DNA of 58,163 nt, counting the filler, from Sphacelaria rigidula (taxonomy: Eukaryota): the NCBI GenBank assembly GCA_964200075.2. It is 9 parts of 9 records of this genome, joined end to end, with 100 filler letters (N's around TTAATTAATTAA, not from the genome) between each part and the next. Parts side by side here need not be neighbours in the genome. Positions count along the whole stretch, not along the records: positions 1 to 6,374 come from CAXNAA020020460.1; positions 6,475 to 12,848 come from CAXNAA020020461.1; 7 more parts are not named here. The stretch is one strand, 5' to 3'. A model generated the notes under the pieces. That model was given only the letters and a program-made list of their open reading frames with translations, was not told the DNA's origin and ran no database searches. Of the stretch, positions 1 to 11,268 are shown piece after piece. The stretch's first letter is position 1. Each line of letters starts with the position of its first letter. A program made the position numbers and the translations under genes.

Positions 1-343
1 GGAATAAGAAATGACTCACTTGAAGCGAATGATCAAAGCCACTCTCAATCGTATCATCTACTACTCTCAATCTCACGAAAACACTGTTGTATATATATGT
101 ATATATCTTTGTCGCGAAGTCTGGATAGATCCCCTAGGGATCAGTAAAATATGCGACAATCAATCAACCAGTCAATCAAACCCGCCCAAAATAGTATCAT
201 TATTGATGTACCAATCTGATCGCGGGGGCGCACCTCTTCCTTCAAACATTAACTTACGTTACTACGCGGGATTCAGTCGAACATCTCCCTCACGTCTCTA
301 AGCTGACCCACGTGATTTTTTCCCCTCGTCTACGCGGATGGAT

Positions 344-803
344 GCCCGATGGAACACGGGATTTTACAAATTGGGGATGGATTTGCGGGGGGGAGGGGGA
401 TGACAACCCGGAGAATTAAAATCTTCGTATCCACACCAAATCTTCGAAACATGCCTCCACTTCTTCACTACTTGCTGGTAGCTACTGACAACCGCTACAC
501 GCCATACAAATGTGGATTTCGACAACCGAAATGTCGAGGTCCTAGGTAAAAAGGCGAAAAAAGTAATATTATTGGGGGAATTTAGGCGATCCGATCGGAC
601 CCCAATAATATTGGTTTTTCACCTAGGACCCCGACATTTCGGTTATCGAAATGCAAACTTGTATATCGTGCAATAGCTACCAGAAAGTGACGAAGTGGAA
701 CCATACTTCGAAGATTTGGTGTGGATACGAAGATTTGAATTATTCGGGTGCGCATCCCCAATAAAAAATCCATCCCCAATTTGTAAAATCCCGTGTTGTG
801 GGC
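344..803. mobile_element. Foldback/MITE-like element with ~200-bp inverted arms
   Basis: 353-552 (AACACGGGATTTTACAAATTGGGGATGGATTT...GTCCTAGGT) is the reverse complement of ~615-797. This explains the mirror-image ORFs 349-549(+) and 582-812(-). No clear TSD. Confidence 0.8.
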
Positions 804-1733
804 AGTTCGCATCGATTGCTCGAATAAATGCAGATAGATGAGGATTTTTCACACGACTGCTTGTCCGGCAGGAGGACCGTCGTCGTACTTTTTTGCGCTT
901 CTTACAGCCGCTCACGGGCAACAGCAGAATCGATCGTTGACGTCAGAAGCCGACACACATTTCTCAGGGAGGAACACACATTGTTACATGTCTACCAACT
1001 TGTTTTTTCCAAAGGAGAATACCGACATCGTGGGGCGGTTGTACCGAATCAGTACAAAATAATCACCGTTTCCGGAACAAAATCTCATGAAAAGATACTT
1101 CGTGTACGTATATCGGGATTGAACGTGACCCTGGAAGGGCCGTTAGGCCCTCCTTCCCTTACCAAGATGAGAAAAAAAGACGCGTCGAGCGAAACAAGCA
1201 TCCAAAAGCATGTTGATTTGGTCGCCGTGCAGGTTCATGACTGCGCGGCGACCGATCAACATGGCTACTTCTGGACGCTTGTTTCCTTCTGCGTTTTATT
1301 TTTTCCTTGTGTCGGTAATACACGGCCTCAGCTGTGTGTCATCCGTGATCCACGTGGAAAAATAAAAGTGTGGGGTGGCATCCAACACGACATGCTCAGT
1401 GAATAAAAGAGCGTAGTGAGAGAACAGCGGAGAATCGGTTTGAATTTGATTTTTGAACATTTGGCATGCATGGCGCGCGTGTTCGTTACGTGAACTTTTC
1501 CATTTCCTTTCATTGGCCACCGTGGGATTTCACGAGGGTTTTTCACACATCTCATGGAAAGAACGCTGTACGCTCAATTTAAGCTACTGTTGTTGACGAA
1601 GGCTCCCCACTTCTTTCGTCGCGATGTGCACGTAAACAATCAGCTATGCGAGTATCGTTCCAGATCTTGGCAAACCTGCTGGACCCCCCCCCCCCCCGCC
1701 AACCTCCACCCCTCTCTCCCCCCACCTTCCCCT

Positions 1734-1799
1734 TGCTCTGTCTCGAAAGGGATGCGTGGTCAATGGTCCAACGACCAAGGCAAGCAACAAATATGTACG
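1734..1799 (+). mobile_element. Non-LTR retroelement 3' end, family A (5'-truncated)
   Basis: TCTCGAAAGGGATGCGTGGTCAATGGTCCAACGACCAAGGCAAGCAACAAAT..GTACG, flanked on both sides by C-rich tracts. Confidence 0.75.
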
Positions 1800-1835
1800 C
1801 CCCCCCCGCCTCCCCACCTTCCCCCCTTTCTCCCC

Positions 1836-1875
1836 GGTTGGTCTTATGACCACGGCATTCAGAATCATGAGTGCA
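1836..1875 (+). mobile_element. Non-LTR retroelement 3' end, family B
   Basis: GGTCTTATGACCACGGCATTCAGAATCATGAGTGCA followed by a C-run; lies in the C tract behind the family A copy. Confidence 0.6.
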
Positions 1876-2700
1876 CCCCCCTCCCCTGTTGCCTGCTTTG
1901 TGCCACGGTTTTTAAATCTCCACCTAAAATGGGCCAGGAGGAGCTGAACAACAGATCACTCTTCTGGTGCAAAAAAAAATGGAAGTTAAATTTCCATACA
2001 TCCGTAACACTGAATTTAGGCACAGCTTCCAAGATAAACGTACTGTATATCCGCACCTCTCTCTCCTCGTTGGAAACAACGCCGGCGGGTCGGCTTTTTC
2101 ACGGACAACCAACCTCGATCATGAAACACGAGGAGCCCTTCCACCCGTGAAGTAACGCTTGAGTGGCCACAACAGCACCACGACCTCCCCATCACTTCAT
2201 GTGCCACCCCCGGTTTCGTACCAACCAGAACACCTTCGTTTCGTCTTCACAAACTACAACCCTGCAACAAACAAACGCATGTATACACTTTTTACACATG
2301 ACAAAGTGTAAGTAAAAAATGTAGGGCGGACAACCATTGACACCCCCCCCCTGCCCAAAATTATGGTGTGTGCCCCCCCTACATCCCGCAAGAGTTAGGA
2401 ACAATCTCTCGACCCATATCCCACTCCAACCTTATCAACAGCCACGCATACCCTGTATGAATCATGGTGTGTACTGCATTCCCAAGACTCCTTACATCTG
2501 GCCATTCAACACATACTACAGCAAATATGATCCTCCCCCCCCCCCCCCCTAATACAGGCGTTGCTTATCCGGCTGCTCAATTTCTTCCTCACTGGAAAAG
2601 GACTACACGACGGAAACTTACCTCGCTGGGGCGTTTGTGTACGCTGCAAGCAAGCTCGTATCACCCGCTTGCGAATGAACAAAAGAAAACGTCAGATCTT

Positions 2701-2838
2701 CACACCCTGGACAAAAGATTATATTGTCAAAAAATGTACTGCGTACAGTATGGAATATTTTGTCTATTGCAACAGGCGCAATAGTCGATACTGTACGCAG
2801 TACGCTTTTTGACTGTGTATTCTTATGTTCAGGGTATG
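2701..2838. mobile_element. Short palindromic MITE (CACACCCTGGAC...GTTCAGGGTATG family)
   Basis: Terminal inverted repeats plus internal inverted GTACTGCGTACAGTAT/ATACTGTACGCAGTAC; related copies at 30189-30327, 47013-47126 and 49112-49263. Confidence 0.7.
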
Positions 2839-4385
2839 CAGATATTCCCGAGCGCCATCATTCTCCATTCTCAACATACTGGTAGTACGGAGTTCCGAAT
2901 CGAGCACCCACGACGGAGGTCAAGAACAGCACGTGGGGGTGTCCAGAACACCTGCTCTGAGGGGCACCGTGTCAAACAACGATCATCGTCCCAGGATCAA
3001 TAAATTACACTGTAAGGCGGGGCTGCTATTACAGCACTACCTCGAGCACAAGGTGCACTCACCCCCCCCCCCCGCCGCCCCCGCACTCCCCACCAACGTG
3101 CTTTAATCGTATCGTTGCGAGAGCAACAATCTGCACCCCCACCGTTTAACGTACTGAAGGCTGAAACAAAACAGAAAAGGAATGGCGCCCACACAGTGAA
3201 AGTGGTCTAGTGAAAAATCAAACTTTCGCGGTCGCGCGTAAACAAGGAAGAGTTGTCTACACCATTTCACCCGAAACCTCACACATTTTACACTATATTT
3301 CCAACACACCCCACAGAAACGCACACTTCCCCCCCAAAAGGGCAACCGACTGAGCACTCACGAAAATCTCGAAACAATTTTGAATATGTACTCTGAGGGG
3401 AGGGGGAGGAGGGGGGGTTGCGGAGTGATCAAACAAATAACCCAAGCCAAGACTAGCTACTACTAACATAATCGCGCGAGGTCCACACTTGATCGGTACC
3501 TCCGGGGGTGGAATTGAAAACTTCAACATAAATATAACTACGTCTCTTCACACGAATACACACGTTGTACTCCATGTGACCCACGTTTCTTGGCCAGGAG
3601 GATGTAAACAGCGAAAGGAGAAAAAAAAACGGCAAAAAAAAAAGAGAGAAAGACATAATATATCGCGTGACGTCATCATCTATGTCTAAAAGTTCCTCCG
3701 CTCCGAAAAGGCCGTGGCTGACATCAGCCTTCTACCGAGGAATATACATCGGCCAATGAGATTCCACGGCCGTTTTCATCGGCTGAGACCAGAGAACGGC
3801 GTGTGTCACACCTGAGGCCGTGTCTTATCAAGGCCAAAAAAGGAAGCGGGAAGAGAAGTAAGCATGCAAAAGCAGCATGTCGATTGATCATCGCAACCAT
3901 AGACCCGCCCGGCGATCGATCAATCAACGCGCTGCTTCTGGACGCTTGTTCTCTTCCCCGCCTTTTTCTTTTGGTCGGAATAAGACATGACCTGAACAAT
4001 ACCCTTCTCTTCCCATGTAACAGTCCACAGCTACAGCCCAGCCCCATCCCCCCGTCGCGATCTAACTACTACACTGACTATTCTGTATGCATATCCATGT
4101 TGTATCTGCAATGTACACCGCCCGACGCTACCAACAAGTAACAACACTAACTACACGGCAATAACATTAAAAAAAAAGGCATGCACAACAACAAGGCGAG
4201 AGCGCATGCATACACACACATATCAAACACAATAACGCACGAAACACAGGATGCACACACGAACGCACAAAACACACCGAGACGAAACACACACACACAC
4301 GAAACAAACGGTCATCCTCCATCATGAATGAAAAAAAAAAATCAAAACGCCCCCAACAACAACAACAACATCTTCAAAATTAGCC

Positions 4386-4805
4386 TCAAGGAGGAGAGGG
4401 AGGTGGCCCATCGCCAAACAAGAGCTCAGGGTTCCACGGTCGGCGCCCATACGGTACCGGATCAGGAATCATCCCGTTCCGATTCCCATCACCACCGTCC
4501 GTTAGTGCTGCTATTGCTGCTGCTTCCCTCACTGGCGTCTTAATGGAGCTGGTGTGGCTGCCGCTGCGCCTTCGGTACACCTTTTCGTCCCTTACTGCTG
4601 CTGCTTCCCTCACTGGCGTCTTGATGGAGCTGGTGTGGCTGCCGCTGCGACGGCGCACCTGTTCAGGAGCGGGTGAATTTTGGTGGCGTTGGGGTGGGAT
4701 GGAGAATTTCCCCTCCTGGCGCATGAGGTTGATGAACTCATTCAGGTCTATCCCGCCGCTGTTGTCCTCGTCGGCCTCTTCGATGAGCTTGGTCATGTCG
4801 TATCT
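4386..4805 (-). CDS. Terminal exon of an EF-hand calcium-binding protein (partial gene)
   Basis: Canonical EF loop DEDNSGGIDLNE in LIEEADEDNSGGIDLNEFINLM; CAG acceptor immediately upstream (4808-4806); TGA at 4388-4386. Confidence 0.75.
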   Translation of the reverse strand, partial: RYDMTKLIEEADEDNSGGIDLNEFINLMRQEGKFSIPPQRHQNSPAPEQVRRRSGSHTSSIKTPVREAAAVRDEKVYRRRSGSHTSSIKTPVREAAAIAALTDGGDGNRNGMIPDPVPYGRRPWNPELLFGDGPPPSPP

Positions 4806-4966
4806 CTGTTGCGTGATCGTTGAATGGATCGCGACGCAAGTGGAAAAAACGAAACGCACAGAAGAGAGTGGTGATGATGAGTATGACCACAAAAACAAGT
4901 ACGGTATTTTCAAGTATGACAACCCTTTGCCTGAAATCGTCCCGAACGCTCCTCCCCTCCCGCCCC

Positions 4967-5281
4967 CTACACAAGGACGAACGGAACGTGCTAGACGTGC
5001 TAGAGGGCGAAATGTGGGACGTGAACGAAGGTGGTATGAAATCGTTTGATGGATTAGACAGTGGGGAGAAAACGATGGTTATACTAGGAGACATGGTGGC
5101 CACAGACGGCGAAACAGGACGAGGATAAGATATGCAAACAGTTTTTGTGTCATGTATAGAAGAAACGTAATGAGCGCCGAAATGTTGGAGGTAGCTCTAT
5201 TAGGAGTAGGAACGGTGTTCCGTCTCGAAAGGCATGCGTGGTCAATGGGTCAAACGACTAAGACAAGCGACAGGTGAGTAC
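4967..5281 (+). mobile_element. Non-LTR retroelement (LINE-like) ORF2 C-terminal fragment, family A; longest copy
   Basis: Reads LHKDERNVLDVLEGEMWDVNEGGMKSFDGLDSGEKTMVILGD/WWPQTAKQDEDKICKQFLCHV*KKRNERRNVGG with a frameshift and a stop; ends TGAGTAC plus poly-C; 5' flank is C-rich. Confidence 0.75.
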
Positions 5282-5294
5282 CCCCCCCCCGATC

Positions 5295-5505
5295 CATGTG
5301 CAAGATAATCAGTACACTTCGGGCCGAGCAATCTTATCAGGATGCAGCCCACCCTTCACGCGACTCGCCGAACACGTGACGGCGCTTCGCGCTTGGTGAT
5401 TGATTGCAACCCGGGTCCGTCGAAAACTCGGTGTGCTCCGTCCCGGCTTTGTAGGGATGCGAGGTCAATGGCTCCATGACTACGACATGCAAGATCATGA
5501 GTACA
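5295..5505 (+). mobile_element. Non-LTR retroelement 3' fragment, family B
   Basis: Colinear with the reverse-strand copy at 17094-17310; ends GGGATGCGAGGTCAATGG...CATGAGTACA followed by a C-run. Confidence 0.7.
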
Positions 5506-6374
5506 CCCCCCCTCATCCCCCCAAATCGCCCAGGATGGCCTGCTGTCAACTCAGGCTCTGGACTATTCTTTCTAGGGAGTGACACGGCACGCCTACTCAC
5601 AGTAACAGGTAGATGTCGAGCATCTACTTAGAAATGAATCGAGGAAAACTCCTGACCGATTCCAAGCCACGAGGAGCGTATACAGGTCGGGCACGGCCAT
5701 GCTTTCAAGCTCGGCGAGTGGTGCACGCTGGCTGCAACCCACTATGGTGAGATACCCAACAATATTTTCTCTGCAAAGGTTCTCGTAGTCTTGGGAAGCT
5801 TTCGGGGAAATGCTGGTTGGTACACCTCGAGCATCTATCTCTTCATGTTCCAACGCATGTCGCATCGTCTCAATAAATACTGCACTGTGCTGTACTGCCG
5901 CTGTGCCGCACGTTTTCCATCGGCGGCTAAACGAAAACAGCACAAACCAACCAGGGCATCATTGCCCTCCACCGCGCACGGCTCATGCTGTTCTCAGTGT
6001 CCAGTCCTACAATCAGTAAGCAGCTATCTTGACCACACAAAGATGGGTGCTGGTGGGTTGCAAAGACGGCGCAAAAAGCTAAGAAGCAAAAATCCTATTG
6101 TTTCTTCGTTTGCCTCAGTGGAGTGGTCGCTACAGACAGTACAGCTTTTGTGAATATATATTACATATATACGTTGACTCAGGTAGGAGATTTGAGACGA
6201 CCTGTGCGGAAACAAAAAGACCAAAACCGACCAACCAAACTACCCGAACAATCACTCCCTAACCGTCTAGGCCTGCCGCTTGACCTTGAATTCCCGGTCG
6301 ACGTGGAAAATATTTCGGTTGAGCTGAGAACCTCTACCTCTCCAGTCCCCCCCCCCCCCCAACCCCACATACAA

Positions 6375-6474
6375 NNNNNNNNNNNNNNNNNNNNNNNNNN
6401 NNNNNNNNNNNNNNNNNNTTAATTAATTAANNNNNNNNNNNNNNNNNNNNNNNNNNNNNNNNNNNNNNNNNNNN
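6375..6474. other. Artificial contig spacer (44N-TTAATTAATTAA-44N)
   Basis: Six-frame stop linker between N runs; identical at all eight junctions. Confidence 0.98.
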
Positions 6475-6757
6475 CTTGCTCACTTTCTTCTTGCTCAATG
6501 CTTTTCCACGCTTATGTCTCACCAATCAGGCAACAGTCAGATGCTTTTTCCTGGGGAGCTCAGCAGTGGCTTCCATGTGCTGTCTCAAGCTCTAATGATA
6601 CCTTTTTATAGGTGTACACACTATATCTGATCCTCCGATCAGACCCGTTATCCAAAAACCCAAACATCGGAAGATCGATGCTGCTTGTCTTCCTGACACC
6701 TGATTGTTTTCGTTTTCCGCCCCATCGCTGCCACTAAAATCTCATGACGTTCGAGGG

Positions 6758-7188
6758 AACACCGACCCGTTTGGGCCAGTGTCGCGCATTAGCGGACAGC
6801 AATTCGGTGATGCATAGTTCATTTAACCGGTGCGGCGTTCACGTACCACAATACAATTTTTGCTAATGGGTATAGCCAGCGCCACGTTGTTCCTGCCAGC
6901 TGTATTACGCATCAAAAATCGTGCGCGCGGCTGTGTTGAATTTAAGGGAGACAACGGGCCGTGCCAATAATCTCTGGCAACATTTAATGTAACACCGACC
7001 CAATGTGCCAGTATCGCGCATTAGCGGGAGGTAATCATGTGGGGCATAGTGCATTTAACTGGGGCAGATTCACGTGTAACAATACAGTGTGCAACATAAT
7101 GGGTGCATACAGCGCTACATTGCTCCTGCCAGCTGTATCACGCGTCCAAAATCGTGCGTGCAGGTGTTGCATTTAACGGATACAACGT
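6758..7188. repeat. Diverged tandem duplication, period ~233 bp
   Basis: AACACCGACCC...GCCAGT.TCGCGCATTAGCGG...CCTGCCAGCTGTAT...AAAATCGTGCG starts at both 6758 and 6991. Confidence 0.75.
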
Positions 7189-7209
7189 GTAGAGACTCAT
7201 GCCTTCCGA

Positions 7210-8100
7210 CATCAACTCCGCGCTTCCTGCTCAACCAAGAATAGCTGAAGATTCTGACTCTGAACTGTAAGAGCATCAAATCGAACTGCGTGGGCGGCAC
7301 GACGTTTTACTTTACTTAAATGCATCGCGCACATGACTCGCTCATAGCCACCTACGCGCAGGTTGTGCAGTAAGCCTGGAGCGGGTGCGGCGCTGATATC
7401 AACTCTTCTTGACAAAATATCATTTTTGTGTCGTCTACCTTGCTACCGTATCGTTGATTTTTGCCCGCATCCGTTTCATCTGCCTCAAGATACGTGCGTA
7501 AAGCATGGCGGTAATAACTGCATCTCCCTTCCCAGTCACGCTGTGAGCAATATCGCCACGCTAACGTTGTGGACACGCATCTTCAAGCGGCGCGAGCCCA
7601 CCCGAATGGGCCTTAGTCTTGAGGTTCATCTCGTAGTCTCAGCTCATGTATCACTTCATGTTTTCTTTCTTCGATTGAGACTAATGCCGAGATAGCCCCC
7701 CCACAAAAAGTGCACCGGCACCATCCAACGAACCGGCTGCGATCCCACTATNNNNNNNNAATTTCGCCCACATGAGAGGCGTGTAGCAGTCCGAAATCAG
7801 CTATAACGTCCAAATCAGTCGCATCGTACAGCACGAAACCAACTTTAACGGCAGTTATAATCATCGCCTCCGTGCACGTTTTCGGCCGGTTTTGGGGGGG
7901 GGCTATCTCGGCAGCAGTCTTGAGTCTCAGTAGACGTAAAATACCCCGAAATCATACTGTTATTTATGTGGGTATGTGCCCATTGACTCGCGTCATGGGC
8001 GGCGCATTTACCAGCTCTACTTATTACAGCAGTACGCATGACGAACGTAAATTCCCGCCTGAGCAGCTGTCTTATCTTGAAGCATCTTTTTCGCAAGTGC
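7210..8100 (-). pseudogene. Decayed Ty1/Copia pol remnant (protease to integrase)
   Basis: Stop-ridden fragments DSPPPKPAENVHGGD, ATDLDVIADFGLLHASHV and GGYERV...QNLQLFL resemble Copia protease and integrase motifs in the expected order; alignment by eye only. Confidence 0.4.
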
Positions 8101-9388
8101 AAATTTTGTGGCTTCCGGTTCAGGCTATCATTCCTCTTGCTCTATTCTGCGTTGTTCGATCTATGATCCTGGGATGATAATCTCGTTAATTGATGTTATG
8201 GCATGTGGAGTTCTGCACGAGTTTCATGATAGAAGCATAGCTCTTGCCCGCTGTTACTTGAGGCAACGAATCACACTTCACTCATTCCGTGAGTACGCGG
8301 CAGAATTGAAATCTTCGAATGAGCAGCATTGTACCTCGCAGTTATTTTCGCGGGGTACCTGTCATGGTCAAGAGTACATTGATTAATTTTGATTCGACTG
8401 ATTGCGTTTCTTCACTTTACCCCAAGCGCGGTGGGAACCACTAAAGCGATCTCCGTCGCTTGGTTACCTTTGTGCCGTCGTAAGCGTGAGCACGAGCGCG
8501 TCGCTCCCAGCGCGCATCACCCAGCGCGCATCATGATGGCTGATTATTCGTTTTGTCACCTGATGCCCTTGCTAACTTATGGCGAGGTGGTGAAAACGCA
8601 CATGTTTTGCTCTCTTTTATTATCAAGAAAATTGAATATCTCAGTGAACATCTTCCTGAACATTTTACCTCTCCTGGCTTGAGCCGCACCGCAGATGATA
8701 TGATCGAACACAATAGTCCCGGTGAGAAGCGCCATGATACAAGTAAACGGCAGTCTCCAGTTGTTGTCAGCATTTGCTTAACTCTACAGTGCAGGTTGAT
8801 CACTGAACTAGGCGAACAACAAAACTTCGGTCCACGATGACGAAATTTGACCTTTTCGTGTGAGACCTTTCATTCTACTTATTATTTGGCTGCCATTCAT
8901 TTGTGCACGAGTTCGTTCATACTCATTTACTACAGGCCGATCCTTTCACATCTGTTCATAAAGTACTCAAGCTTCAAACCGTCTCACCGTCAATCTTGTA
9001 ACAATCGTAAGCTCACAGCGCGTGGGGAGACAGTCCAACGCAGTACAGTACACGTCGATCGTCAGGATATCCTTGTTCACAGCTTCAGGTGATTCGATTT
9101 ATTTTGTTCCTTGGTGGTGTTGATAGCCAGAGTTTTCTCGAGAGATAGTTCTGAACACCAGGGCATCTCAGCGTTGCACCGATTCTTAGAAAGAATCGGA
9201 TTCAACCAGATGCAAGAGGCATGTTTTTATGTACTCCGTATCTTGATGGATTACTTAATATCCTCACCCCTGACCGCAGGTACTAGCCAGTTTCTGCGAT
9301 CAGCCCTCCGGGCGCGTATCTTCGTTCCGAATCAACGGCCCATCATTGTACTGTCCCCCTTCCACCGCATCACGCCGCGATCCGTAAC

Positions 9389-9398
9389 ACCCCCCCTC
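9389..9398 (-). mobile_element. Polypurine tract / 3' LTR junction of a Ty3/Gypsy element
   Basis: Minus strand reads GAGGGGGGG|TGTTACGG, downstream of an integrase C-terminal remnant; the LTR would extend to lower coordinates, end not determined. Confidence 0.6.
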
Positions 9399-9520
9399 AG
9401 TCCTAGGATTGAAAAACCCTGGGACTGACGTGATTCACACGATGGATCGCCGCGTTGCCATGTCCCTCTTCCGAGTTCAGCGTCGGGGTGTAGCCGTCGA
9501 TCTTGATAATCGTTCTGCCA

Positions 9521-9865
9521 GGTTAGACCACGTAGGGAATTTAAACACCGTGTAGGGCGATCCCTTCCAGTCCGGAGGCGTCATTGATCTTGTTGACTGC
9601 TCTGCCGGGGTAGACCACGTAGGGAATTTAAACACCGTGCAGGACAATCTCAAACAGTCTCGGCAACTCCCGCTCTTGTAGATCCCTCTGCCGGGTTAGA
9701 CCACGTAGGGAATTTGAACACCGTACAGAAACGATCCCATCCAGTCCGGAGAAGTCGTTGATCTTGTTGACCGCTCTGCCGGGTTAGACCGCGTAGGGAA
9801 TTTAAACACCGTACAGAAACGATCCCACCCAGTCCGGAGAAGTCCTTGATCTTGTTGACCGCTCT
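9521..9865. repeat. Four tandem ~87-88-bp units inside the Gypsy 3' region
   Basis: GG(T)TAGACC(A/G)CGTAGGGAATTT(A/G)AACACCGT starts at ~9521, 9608, 9694 and 9782. Confidence 0.85.
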
Positions 9866-10030
9866 AGGCTGTCCGTAAACCGTTTGCGGATCTTGGTACA
9901 TCGGGGAATCTACGTCGCAATTGAGCCACTTTCTGCTCGAGATGGTGTACCAGATGGACGTGGCCTGGTCTGCGGTTGATATAAGTCCCACGAGGCATGA
10001 AACACATCCAGCTGTACCGCAGTGTATTAT
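9866..10030 (-). pseudogene. Gypsy integrase C-terminal remnant, copy 1
   Basis: YTAVQLDVFHASWDLYQPQTRPRPSGTPSRAESGSIAT*IPRCTKIRKRFTDS is clearly homologous to FTELHLDVFHALWELDNLQIKPRPSVNPSRAERDS...IPRGTRRRKQFVDS at 11267-11617. Confidence 0.6.
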
Positions 10031-10300
10031 AATCTCCATGATTCAAGAGTCGCGAGGGCGGTGTCTGGAAGAAACATTCTCAGTCGTCAACGGCGTGAGA
10101 AACGATGGAACCAGTAACATGAATAGCAGCGCTTCACCAGTACAACGATAGCGAACAAGACAAATAAAGGGGAAGGAGAACGAAGGGAACAGCAATGTAA
10201 TCGGACAAAACAGGTTCACGCGTGTGCATTTGGCCAAGGTATTGCGTGTCAGGGACAGCCAGGTATAAATTCATGGACTCCCAAGAGAATTCTGACTCCA

Positions 10301-10810
10301 TGTCAACCCGTTCGGACAGCATGGGAAAACCCTGGCCGCTTGTCAACCTGCTCGGACAGCATGGGAATTCCTGGATGCCTGTCAACCTGTTCGCACGCGA
10401 AAGGGAAACTCCTGGCCCCCTGTCAACCTGTTCGACAACATATGGGAATTCCTGGATGCCTGTCAACCTGTTCACGTGCGCAAGGGAAACTCCTGACCCC
10501 CCTGTCAACCTGTTCGAAAACATATGGGAAATCCTGGCTCCCTGTCAACCTGTTCGAAAACACATGGGAAGTCCTGGAGATCTGTCAACCTGTTCGCATG
10601 CACAAGGGGAACTCCTGGCCCTCTGTCAACCTATTCGAAAACATATGGGAAATCCTGGATCTCCGTTAACCTGTTCGCGCGCACAAGGGAAACTCCTGGC
10701 CCTCTGTCAACCTGTTCGAAACCATATGGGAAATCCTGGCTCCCTGTCAACCTGTTTGCGCGCACAAGGGAAACTCCTGGCCCCCTGTCGACCTGTTCGA
10801 AAACATATGG
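10301..10810. repeat. Minisatellite: 13 units of 39-42 bp, two mostly alternating variants (~81-bp dimer)
   Basis: TGTCAACCTGTTCG core at 10301, 10341, 10380, 10421, 10461, 10503, 10543, 10583, 10624, 10664, 10705, 10745 and 10786. Confidence 0.95.
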
Positions 10811-11132
10811 TCTTGACATCTTGAGCCTTCGTCCTCGCCCATTTTCCTGTATGCAATCAAATCCTGCTTGTTCGCTGTATGGTGCAAGCATATATATATA
10901 TATATATATATATGGTTCATACAACTTTCTTGTTCATCCATTCGATGTCCGACTTGTATGTTGGCAACTTGCATAGTCTCCACTATAAACACACGAGTCG
11001 TTCATTACCAACCAACAGCTTTCATCAGATTATTTCCGGTGTAAATCTCGGCAAAGGAATGTGTGGAATCCATGGACTCTCAAGACCCGAAGAATGCAGC
11101 CCTGCCCCCGGGACGGTCATAGCGCGCAGACA

Positions 11133-11268
11133 GGTAGACGTTCATCTTCGAATTGATTGTCGGAGCACGCGGGTGTAGACGGTTATCCTTGAATGGATAG
11201 TCAGAGCATGCACAAGTAGACGATCATCTTCGAATTGATTGTTGGAGTGTGCACGAGTGTAGACGGTC
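11133..11268. repeat. Three-plus degenerate ~42-bp tandem units just 3' of the Gypsy ORF end
   Basis: GTAGACG.T.ATC.T.GAAT.GAT.GT..GAG recurs at ~11133, 11175 and 11216, with a partial fourth unit at 11259. Confidence 0.7.

Noticed and set aside
5593..5943. Upstream exon of the EF-hand gene
   Set aside because: There is a GTGAGT donor at 5600, but the long ORF frame is out of phase with the terminal exon and shows no EF-hand motif.
6419..6430. TTAATTAATTAA as a biological motif recurring every ~6474 bp
   Set aside because: It is an assembly linker centred in N runs.
9521..9865. CRISPR-like repeat-spacer array
   Set aside because: Three of the four variable halves are homologous to one another, and the array lies inside a retrotransposon 3' region.
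10301..10810. CRISPR array
   Set aside because: The variable parts are two recurring variants rather than unique spacers; no cas genes; eukaryotic context.
10134..10976. Repetitive ORFs of 109-200 aa
   Set aside because: By-products of the ~81-bp minisatellite period; open on both strands.
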